64,000 nt of DNA from Candidatus Methylacidiphilales bacterium (GTDB taxonomy: Bacteria > Verrucomicrobiota > Verrucomicrobiia > Methylacidiphilales > Verrucolacustridaceae). The DNA is taken from positions 78,680-142,679 of the forward strand of contig JBBAWB010000005.1 in the NCBI GenBank assembly GCA_040397385.1. Direction: 5' to 3'. The notes under the pieces are model-generated. The model ran no database searches, was not told the origin of the DNA, and saw only the letters and a program-made list of their open reading frames with translations. Both the position numbers and the translations under genes were made by a program. Numbering within the stretch: position 1 is the stretch's first letter; the number at the start of each line of letters is the position of its first letter. Shown here one piece after another: positions 27,843 through 35,456 of the stretch.

Positions 27843-30119
27843 TTACCGGGCGATGATCGCCACCGGGCGCAAAAGGCCTCCCGTGCCGAGTTCGTTGGCA
27901 GAGCCGCCCTTCGTGTAGTTGACAATCCGCAAAGTGACGGTGTGTTGAGCGCGAGCCGGGTCGAGGGTCGGAATCTCGAACAGCAGCGGGCCAAAGTTGG
28001 ATGCGTCCTGCTCGCCGACCAGCTGGCCGTCGACCCAGGCCTGAGTCTGGCAGTCCGCACCGGCGATGAGCAGCGCGGCTTTTTTGCCGGCGGGAACGCG
28101 CAGTGGGGGAAAGGTCTGACGATACCAGATCGGCCCGCGGTATCGCTCCCAGCCCTGCTCGGCGAGGCACGCGGAGTAGGTCTTCAACTTCATGAAACCG
28201 AACAGCGGCGTCTCATCGCCCATCGCTCCTTCGAGTTCGCCTGTGTCGGTGAAATCGAAATAGGCCGGCCACTCATCGGGAAAACGATGCAGAATCGTCG
28301 CGTCGCGCATCCACCCAGCGACGGTTGCCACATGGTCGCCGTAGTAGGGATTATACCAAGCCTTCTTCAGAAACTCGCTGGTCGTCAGCGGGTCGTAAAC
28401 AAGCGCCTCATCCCACGAGTGGAGGATTTCCTCATTGAGCCGCTGCGCTGCCGCGAAATCGAACCGGTTGATTGCCTCGCGCATCGCCATGAAGCGTTCG
28501 CCCTGGGCCAGCACGCGCTCGAACAAACCCACACGATGGGCGAGAATCTTGTCCGTCTTGGCAAGCGCGACGGCCCTGTTCATAAGTTTCCGCAAGCTCG
28601 CGAGCCGTTGTGAAGTGAAGACCGTCCCGACGAACTCCTTATTACCGGCAGAGAAGGGCACCGCCTGGTAGGCTGCACTGAGTTCATCCAGATAAGCGTG
28701 CATCGGTTGTGTCGCCGCCCCGAAATAGCGCGGATAGAACTCGTCGAGGAGGGCACGCTGGTCGGTATTCACATTCCAGAGCAGTTTCGCCATCAGAAAA
28801 TAATCCGGCAGGTAGTTCGGCCAGTTCTTGGCCGTCTCGATTACATAATACCGGCAACCCTTGGCATAAAGCTTGGGCAAATCGCTGCCAACCATGTGGA
28901 GCCGGGTGAAGGGCATCAGCGAGTCCGGACACAAGAACGAATAATCATACCAGCCGAAAGTCATACCCTGGCTGGCCACGCGGTCCACTGTGCGCTCCAG
29001 CATCGAGCGGGTCGGACTGCGCGGGTCGCCCACTGCGTGGTATCGATCGAAGTTCAATGGCGCAAAGACCGGCAGAAGATTGTGAGACAACTTTACCTTT
29101 CGGGGGCCGGCCTGGTGATTGGAATAAACGTAGACGCTGAGCCGGACGTTGGGATATTCAGCGGTTACTTTATCTTGCACCGCACTGCAGAACTGGAGCA
29201 CAAGATCGCTCACATCGGGCAGCTGGGAGAATGTCAGATCGTTTCTGGATATGAACTCCCGGCTTGCGGGACTTTCATCGCGCACCAGACCGTCGTCCGG
29301 CGAGATGGAGAGCAGGGCTCTCACGTCATGCGGTTTGCCAGCAAGCTTCTCCCGGTAGTGTTTAGCAAACAGATCGACGACCGCCGGATGGGTGAGATTG
29401 AGTTGATTTTGCACGCGCTGCCCATTCACCAGACCAAACCAATCGGGATGTTCTGCGAACAACTTGGCCCGGCCACCACTTGCGGCCAGAACGGATTCCC
29501 ACGCGTGACCAGAATAGAGAATGACATCTCCCCCGACCTTGTTGCGAAGGCACCAGAGATCGAATTCCTTTTTGTCCGTAACCGTGTTGCCGGCCGGCTG
29601 GCCGCCGTTGTACCCGGGGTTGCGAGCGAGAAAGGACGGGACCTGTCGCACCGGCGCATCCGGCAGCCACAAGGTATCGCGTCGCGGCACATCCTCTCCG
29701 AATGGCCCGGGCGTGAACCAGCGCACCCCCTGCCGTTCAAGAAAATCGGCGACCGCGAAATGCGTGGCCGCGCTGCTCTCTCCGGCCATCCGCACGAGTT
29801 TGCCGCTGACATCATAGGCAAATCCGTCCACTCCGTATTCAGTGGCCGGCACGCTCAACCCCGACGCAATCGCGAGCTCTCCAAGCACGAAGGAGGGCAC
29901 GTCGACGGGGATACCAGTTGTGTCGGCCACGGATTTTACGGTCAGGGTGTCGCCCGTCAGCTTCTGCAGGTAATCGCGCAAATCGGCGGCCGCCTGTTGG
30001 AGTCCCGGCGAGGCGTTGATGGGCAGATAGATCGCGGCACCTTGAAAATTAGTGGAGGCTCGAGCATGCGTCGTCGCTAGCAGTAAGGCTGCACTCAGAA
30101 TCGTGGCAATGAATTTCAT
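27843..30119 (-). CDS. secreted DUF4838-like putative glycoside hydrolase with a C-terminal galactose-binding-like domain
   Basis: 758 aa with signal peptide 'MKFIATILSAALLLATTHARA'. 'GHAWESVL...FAEHPDWFGLVNGQRV..QLNLTHPAVVDL...ISPDDG' follows the DUF4838 pattern as I recall it. The C-terminal 'ALLIAGADCQTQAWVDGQLVGEQ' resembles GH2-type sugar-binding jelly rolls. Confidence 0.7.
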   Translation of the reverse strand: MKFIATILSAALLLATTHARASTNFQGAAIYLPINASPGLQQAAADLRDYLQKLTGDTLTVKSVADTTGIPVDVPSFVLGELAIASGLSVPATEYGVDGFAYDVSGKLVRMAGESSAATHFAVADFLERQGVRWFTPGPFGEDVPRRDTLWLPDAPVRQVPSFLARNPGYNGGQPAGNTVTDKKEFDLWCLRNKVGGDVILYSGHAWESVLAASGGRAKLFAEHPDWFGLVNGQRVQNQLNLTHPAVVDLFAKHYREKLAGKPHDVRALLSISPDDGLVRDESPASREFISRNDLTFSQLPDVSDLVLQFCSAVQDKVTAEYPNVRLSVYVYSNHQAGPRKVKLSHNLLPVFAPLNFDRYHAVGDPRSPTRSMLERTVDRVASQGMTFGWYDYSFLCPDSLMPFTRLHMVGSDLPKLYAKGCRYYVIETAKNWPNYLPDYFLMAKLLWNVNTDQRALLDEFYPRYFGAATQPMHAYLDELSAAYQAVPFSAGNKEFVGTVFTSQRLASLRKLMNRAVALAKTDKILAHRVGLFERVLAQGERFMAMREAINRFDFAAAQRLNEEILHSWDEALVYDPLTTSEFLKKAWYNPYYGDHVATVAGWMRDATILHRFPDEWPAYFDFTDTGELEGAMGDETPLFGFMKLKTYSACLAEQGWERYRGPIWYRQTFPPLRVPAGKKAALLIAGADCQTQAWVDGQLVGEQDASNFGPLLFEIPTLDPARAQHTVTLRIVNYTKGGSANELGTGGLLRPVAIIAR

Positions 30120-30249
30120 GGTTCGGGAGTTATAATCAGCTCAATGAGGGGACTAGTCTAACGGGTCCGTTCGCTCCGCCACGCTAAGGGTCGCACCCTT
30201 CTGCGAATAAAGGCATTCCAACCACCTTGGATGCGGATATCCCGGGGAT

Positions 30250-30936
30250 TTAATACGGCTTCCATTGGAACTGAGAGTAATCGCCCGCACCGTTCCCCTT
30301 AAATTGCCCTGTGGGGTTGAACTTCACCCACTCCGTATGTCCGTCAAGGAAGCAGATATTGTACCCGCCCTTATGCGCCGCGTAGAGGTGGTAATACCAT
30401 GGCGAGCCACCATCGAAACAGTAGCCGCCCCATGCGCTGCCGCCGAGGGCGCTTTCGTTGTCGTAGAAAAGCGGGGTTTTGGACGGCTGCGGGATTTGTG
30501 CGATTCTGGCCGGGTTCCTGAAGCCTTCCTGGGATTGTGCTCCCGCGATTCCGGAAGCGCTGCTAAAGTACAGGTTCATTCCATAGCCGGTATGAAACGA
30601 AGCCGAAGCCCATTTGTATGTGCGCGTAAATGTCGGGCATCGCAGCGCATAATTGGCTGCCGAGCCCTTGCCAAGGTACGGCAAAAGGGTTGAATACCAA
30701 CCACCCCCGCTGGATTCGGGTGGAGCGATGAAGCCTGGGTTATCCACGGTGTATAGGCTGGCAGCAGCCCCGTACTGCCGCATGTTACTCATGCATTGAC
30801 TTGAGTGAGCGGATTCAAGGGCGCGTATCAGCCCTTGGCTTCCCAGGGCCGCGAGAATTGCGATGATCGTAATCACCGCAAGAAGCTCGATCAGCGTGAA
30901 TGCCTTCTCTCGCTTTATGATTTGGGGAAATTTCAC
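30250..30936 (-). CDS. prepilin-type N-terminal cleavage/methylation protein with H-X9-DG motif (DUF1559-like pseudopilin)
   Basis: 'KREKAFTLIELLAVITIIAILAAL' is a class III signal/methylation motif. The C-terminal 'HKGGYNICFLDGHTEWV' is the H-X9-DG motif. The track start is TTG at 30966; I prefer GTG at 30936/30939. Confidence 0.85.
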   Translation of the reverse strand: MKFPQIIKREKAFTLIELLAVITIIAILAALGSQGLIRALESAHSSQCMSNMRQYGAAASLYTVDNPGFIAPPESSGGGWYSTLLPYLGKGSAANYALRCPTFTRTYKWASASFHTGYGMNLYFSSASGIAGAQSQEGFRNPARIAQIPQPSKTPLFYDNESALGGSAWGGYCFDGGSPWYYHLYAAHKGGYNICFLDGHTEWVKFNPTGQFKGNGAGDYSQFQWKPY

Positions 30937-30985
30937 CACGACGTCGACAGAGCAACGGGGTGGCAACCCTTGCAGTTCGGAATGG

Positions 30986-31654
30986 TTAAACTTTCGATGA
31001 CTTTCGCTTGCGCAGCACCAGCATCAATCCACTCAGTCCAAGAAGCGACATAGTGGCAGGTTCGGGAATCTGGGTGATGTTCACCACGTCGATGAAGGAA
31101 GCCCCGTCCGAACCTCCTCCTGAGGTGGATGTGAATGCGAGTGTATTTATGCCGGGAGTGGCGATAAACGCGTCGCTGGTGTATAAAGTCCAACCGCTTG
31201 AGTCGGGCGTGATGGTGTCGAGGAGGCTAAATTTCAGCGCAGTACCGCCGAGCGTCACCCCGAAGATCGAGAGATGTCCAGGACGACTGGAGGCATAGAA
31301 GCTAACCGTGGTGCTCAAGGCTTCAAAACCGCTGACCGATTGGGAGAACGAGGCAGAACGCCCATAGATCCATGCCGCTTGGGTGCCATCGGGGAATGGG
31401 GACCAAGCCTGCAAGCCCCCGGTATTTCCGGGATTGCCGTAGGATGTGTCGATTCCACCATACGACCCCGTGCCCAGAGTAAAAGTCCATCCAGGGACGC
31501 CCCCGGGGAGGTTTGCGGCATCGTAGTTGGTCTGAGGGTTCAAGCCGGTATTGGCTTCGAAGCTGTTGTTTACTACGACCACAGCGGCGATTGCAGGCGT
31601 CGTGCTCCCAGCGACCAATGCGACCGCTAGAAATGTGAGATATTTAATTTTCAT
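30986..31654 (-). CDS. PEP-CTERM-anchored secreted carbohydrate-binding-like protein
   Basis: I trimmed it to 'MKIKYLTFLAVALVAGSTTPAIA'. The C-terminus 'IPEPATMSLLGLSGLMLVLRKRK' is PEP + TM helix + basic tail. It is a paralog of 24553-25170. Confidence 0.85.
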   Translation of the reverse strand: MKIKYLTFLAVALVAGSTTPAIAAVVVVNNSFEANTGLNPQTNYDAANLPGGVPGWTFTLGTGSYGGIDTSYGNPGNTGGLQAWSPFPDGTQAAWIYGRSASFSQSVSGFEALSTTVSFYASSRPGHLSIFGVTLGGTALKFSLLDTITPDSSGWTLYTSDAFIATPGINTLAFTSTSGGGSDGASFIDVVNITQIPEPATMSLLGLSGLMLVLRKRKSSKV

Positions 31655-31886
31655 ATAGTTGTATCCTTTTCTTGGGTTTGCTTGAGGTTTGTTTATTAAT
31701 TTCACTTTTTTTTCTTTTCTTCTGTTCGCAACATAATCCAACACCTGGGTTTCGCAAGGTTTTCGTCTAGCACATTCAAGCAAATCACTTGAACAAATTG
31801 GTATTATCCTTTCCCTAACAAATAAGCATTATCCTGTCTCTCTTTTTTCCTGTATCGCATTCGGCACCGCGAGCTAACCTCACCGC

Positions 31887-32771
31887 GTGAAGGCGGCACC
31901 AACTACCTTGGCTCTGACCAATCCGTTTCCGCACGCCCACGCGAAAGGCTACGATTTGGACTTTGCTTCCGTTCATTCGAGCGTCGTTCCTGTCACGGAA
32001 TGGAGAGCTCCCCGGTTTCACTTTTGGGTAATTGATGTCGCCAGTGATCGGCCGATGCGCCAGCGGATCGGCGGAAAGGAAACCATCCGTCCGCCCGAGT
32101 CGGTGTCGCTTTATGCGCCGAACGTGACTTACGAGGAGTTCCACGAAAAAGGAAGTCTGATGCGCCAGGCGTGGCTGATGTTTCGCGTAGCGGATCATCG
32201 CTCGCCTCTCTACAAGTTGGTTAAGCCCGACGGGTATTGCATCTTCGAGGACCCCGGCTCTCTGGTTCGTACGCTTATCGGGCACATTGCCTCGTACTTC
32301 CTCAACCCCAATCCGGGTGCCGACTGGTTTGCCCGAAGCGCCTTCTACCAGATCCTGGCGCTGTTGCGATCCGCCAAGGGAGAGCCCATGCGGCGCATTT
32401 GCCTGCCCAGCCTGCAGCTTGCCCGCGAAGACAAATCGCTGCGCAGCCAGGTGGAGAACTATCTCCACGCTCACCCCGAGGGGCGCGTGACAGCGAATGA
32501 AATGGCCGTGCATCTGGGACTGGGGAGATCGTCGTTCACCCACCGCTACCGCGAAGAAGCTGGGGAAACATTCATCCAGACAAAGTCCCGGGTCCGCATT
32601 GAAAGGGCCAAGTTGATGCTTGTTTCCGAACGGATGCCCGTGAAACAGATCGCCGCCGAGTTAGGGTTCTCAGACGCCGCCCATTTTTCACGTGTCTTCC
32701 ATCAGATCGTGGGAATTTCGCCCGCCATCTTCAAAAGGCAGGTGATGCCACAAACAAGACTGGGTATGTGA
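31887..32771 (+). CDS. AraC-family transcriptional regulator
   Basis: 294 aa with a GTG start. The C-terminal double HTH is 'ANEMAVHLGLGRSSFTHRYREEAGETF...VKQIAAELGFSDAAHFSRVFHQIVGISP'. Confidence 0.88.
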   Translation: MKAAPTTLALTNPFPHAHAKGYDLDFASVHSSVVPVTEWRAPRFHFWVIDVASDRPMRQRIGGKETIRPPESVSLYAPNVTYEEFHEKGSLMRQAWLMFRVADHRSPLYKLVKPDGYCIFEDPGSLVRTLIGHIASYFLNPNPGADWFARSAFYQILALLRSAKGEPMRRICLPSLQLAREDKSLRSQVENYLHAHPEGRVTANEMAVHLGLGRSSFTHRYREEAGETFIQTKSRVRIERAKLMLVSERMPVKQIAAELGFSDAAHFSRVFHQIVGISPAIFKRQVMPQTRLGM

Positions 32772-32909
32772 CGATGACCCGTTGCCTGGTCATTAGAAAA
32801 AGGACAAACTCTGCCAGGAATCGGTGATTCTTTCGCCGTGTTCCATCTGATTAGACCGGACGGGATGGTCTTCCTGCTGCGGTGACCTTCCTCAGTTACA
32901 AACAATCCC

Positions 32910-33308
32910 ATGACTCCATCCACACGTTCCCCATGGAATATGGAAACGCTCTCGTTGGCACCGCGTGCCGAAGAGGATCCAGATCGGGGCATTGAAGGTG
33001 TTAATGCGATCTTCTACCAGGGTTTGCCCTGGAAGGGCCGGCCTCCCCTCATTTTTGCCTATTACGTTTTGCCGTCAGTCCAGCTGAGCGGAAAAGTTCC
33101 CGCCATGGTGCTCGTGCCTGGCGGCGGCGGAGACGCCTTCATCCCGTGGGTCCGGCTATGGTTGGGTCGTGGATACGCCGTCATTGCCATGGACACCTGC
33201 GGCTGCATTAGCAGTGGCGGACAAGGAAACCATTCCCGCCATCTAGACGGAGGACCTGCCGGTTGGGATGGGTTTGATCCAATCGACGAACCGATGGAGG
33301 ATCCATGA
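32910..33308 (+). pseudogene. N-terminal fragment of an acetylxylan-esterase-like alpha/beta hydrolase (truncated before the nucleophile)
   Basis: 132 aa with 'VPAMVLVPGGGGDAFIPWVRLWLGRGYAVIAMDTCG...GGPAGWDGFDPIDEPMEDP'. This is the usual first third of ~380-aa esterases of this type. The ORF stops at a TGA overlapping the ABC exporter ATG, and no GxSxG follows. Confidence 0.5.
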
Positions 33309-35125
33309 ATACGATAAAAACAGCCAGCCCCGATACAGCTAGTGTGGGGGTAAAAATCTCTCCCCTGCGACGTCTTTGGGATATCCTGCGCTTTGAGTCC
33401 GGTGGCTTGGGAGTCGCAGCCACATTCCAAATTCTTCAGCCCCTGACTTACCTGCCCTTCTTCGCCGGCGTGGGCATTCTTGTAGATGACATTTTGCAGA
33501 ATCCAGCACTCACGACTGAGCAACGATACCGCTATATTGTATTTTACGCGCTGGCCAATCTAGCCTTATGGCCGCTGCACGCGTGGTGCACGGTGAATGC
33601 CTTTAAACACAGCCAGCGATTGGTTCGCGCGGCGGTGGCCCAACTGCGGCGTTTGATTGTGGACAAGCTGCAACGCCTGTCTTTGAGCTTCTTCACCCGG
33701 CGCGGTTCTGGAGCGCTGGCCAACCAGGTTACGGTCGATCTCGGACGTCTTGAATCATTTCTCACGAATGCGGTCGGCAGCTTTTTCATCCAATTGGTTC
33801 AGGCGGTTGGCGCGTTGGCTTATCTGGTATGGCTCAGCCCCTTGCTTGCCGGATTGATGATGCTGGCCATACCGCTGCAGTTGTTTGTGGTGAACCGGAT
33901 GCGGAAGAAGCTGGAACAACTCAATCAGCAGGTTCAGCAGAGCAGTGAAAACATTTCCGACCGGGTCGTGGAATTTATCGGCGGGATGCGGGTGACCAAG
34001 AGTCTGGGCAACGAGGAGCGCGTCGCCAATGAACTCGCTGAGGTGATCGAGCGGGTGCGCGGTGCCGGGCTCGAGGCCAGTGTCACCATGCGGTGGGTTG
34101 CCGTCGGCATCCAGATGATTGGCGAATTTATCGGGGTGCTGGTTTGGTGTGTGGGCGGCTATTTATATTTGTTGGGACAAATGCCCATCGGTTCGTTGGT
34201 GGTTTTCTCTGGGATCTTCGGATTTGTGCGGGGTGGTTTTCAAGCCTTCATGGGTGCCTACGACGCTTGGATGCAAGCCAAGCCCGGACTGGTAGCCGTG
34301 CTGGCCATCCTCGACTCTGAAGAGTTGGAAGATTGCCGCCACTTGCACGGTGCTGTTCGCCATCAACTCAAAGGGGAACTGCAACTAGAAAACATATCCT
34401 TCCGCTACCCTGGACTGGAAGGGGCGCCCACCCTGAGCGATCTGAACCTGCATATTCCAGCCGGTCAGCGAATCGGATTGGTCGGTGAAACGGGCGCTGG
34501 CAAGAGCACGTTGCTGGATCTGATTCTCGGATTTTATCCGCCCGATAAAGGGGAAATTCTTTACGACGGCCAGAGGATCGAAAAAGTTGGTCTACTCGAA
34601 CTGAGGCGCAACGTCGCCATCATGGGGCAAGATACTTTCCTCTGGAACACCACCGTGCGGGAAAACATCCGTTACGGCCGTCCCACGGCGACGGATACGG
34701 AGGTGGAAGTCGCTGCCGCCAAAGCCCAGGCCGACGGCTTTATTCGTTCATTGGAACGTGGCTACGAAACAATTTGTGGCGAACGAGGCGGCAGGCTGTC
34801 CGGCGGACAACGCCAACGCATCGCGCTGGCCCGGGTGTTTCTACGTAATCCCAGCATTGTCATCCTGGATGAGCCGACCAGCGCCCTTGATCTGCAAACC
34901 GAAGCTAACCTGCAAGACGATCTGGATGTGCTTTGTAAAGGGCGGACCACCTTCATCGTTGCCCATCGCCTGTCCACTTTACGGAACGTGAATCGGGTGT
35001 TGGTTTTTCATCGCGGTCGGATAGTTGAGGACGGCAGCATGCAGGAATTATTGGCCAAGACCGGTGGGCATTTTTCAACGCTGATGGAATTACAGACACG
35101 CGGTCTACCGAAACAGATGGTTTGA
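33305..35125 (+). CDS. ABC exporter, fused permease/ATPase (MsbA-like type I exporter)
   Basis: 606 aa: six N-terminal TM helices, Walker A 'GETGAGKST', signature 'LSGGQRQRIALAR', Walker B 'IVILDEPTSALD', H-loop 'FIVAHR'. Confidence 0.92.
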   Translation: MNTIKTASPDTASVGVKISPLRRLWDILRFESGGLGVAATFQILQPLTYLPFFAGVGILVDDILQNPALTTEQRYRYIVFYALANLALWPLHAWCTVNAFKHSQRLVRAAVAQLRRLIVDKLQRLSLSFFTRRGSGALANQVTVDLGRLESFLTNAVGSFFIQLVQAVGALAYLVWLSPLLAGLMMLAIPLQLFVVNRMRKKLEQLNQQVQQSSENISDRVVEFIGGMRVTKSLGNEERVANELAEVIERVRGAGLEASVTMRWVAVGIQMIGEFIGVLVWCVGGYLYLLGQMPIGSLVVFSGIFGFVRGGFQAFMGAYDAWMQAKPGLVAVLAILDSEELEDCRHLHGAVRHQLKGELQLENISFRYPGLEGAPTLSDLNLHIPAGQRIGLVGETGAGKSTLLDLILGFYPPDKGEILYDGQRIEKVGLLELRRNVAIMGQDTFLWNTTVRENIRYGRPTATDTEVEVAAAKAQADGFIRSLERGYETICGERGGRLSGGQRQRIALARVFLRNPSIVILDEPTSALDLQTEANLQDDLDVLCKGRTTFIVAHRLSTLRNVNRVLVFHRGRIVEDGSMQELLAKTGGHFSTLMELQTRGLPKQMV

Positions 35126-35130
35126 GTGGC

Positions 35131-35289
35131 ATAATAACCATCATTTTCTCACTCCCCCAGCTGGGGGAAGCTATCGCCCAAACCCCCGAATGCCAAAAGT
35201 GGTGGCAACACATGAGCGATGTCATGCCTTCCAACTCCGACCACTCCCCCAAGGCCATGGATTTGCGCGAAGTTTTCCATCTCTCTTAG
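35131..35289 (+). pseudogene. rhaM: C-terminal remnant of L-rhamnose mutarotase
   Basis: Not in the track (no start codon). My translation '..TIIFSLPQLGEAIAQTPECQKWWQHMSDVMPSNSDHSPKAMDLREVFHLS*' aligns with the C-terminal half of E. coli RhaM ('..[32 protein letters not shown]'). The N-terminal ~50 codons are missing, and the frame runs straight out of the ABC gene's 3' end. Confidence 0.75.
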
Positions 35290-35456
35290 AATTAAATTTG
35301 CGGATGGCGTAATCTCATACCACAGTTGGCTTTACACCCAAGCATCCCTGTAGGATCCCGATGCCAATCCCGATCCCTTGAGTCTCTAGACTTTAAATTC
35401 CCGCGCGAAGTATCTCTGTTCTTTCATATTTTTATCGTACTTTTACTATTTCCCAA

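Noticed and set aside
28698-30080. A 460-aa plus-strand ORF lies antisense to the DUF4838-like gene.
   Set aside because: Its product is Arg/Gly/His-rich and low in complexity, typical of an antisense frame in GC-rich coding DNA. The minus-strand product has a signal peptide and family-like blocks.
31815-32543. A 242-aa minus-strand ORF overlaps the AraC regulator.
   Set aside because: The plus frame has the canonical AraC double HTH. The minus product has no recognisable features and would run through the AT-rich promoter region.
33296-33307. A GGATCC (BamHI) site lies immediately before the ABC exporter ATG and could be read as a cloning scar.
   Set aside because: GGATCC occurs elsewhere in the window (for example 1828-1833 and 9872-9877) at about the chance frequency. 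There are no vector-like sequences or other engineered features.
35126-35150. A dif-like sequence (GTGGCATAA-TAACCA-TCATTTTC) lies exactly at the point where strand composition flips.
   Set aside because: Only the GCATAA part of the XerC arm matches. The normally well-conserved XerD arm (TTATGT) is absent. The region to the left does not show a clean mirror-image skew, so a replication terminus is not supported.
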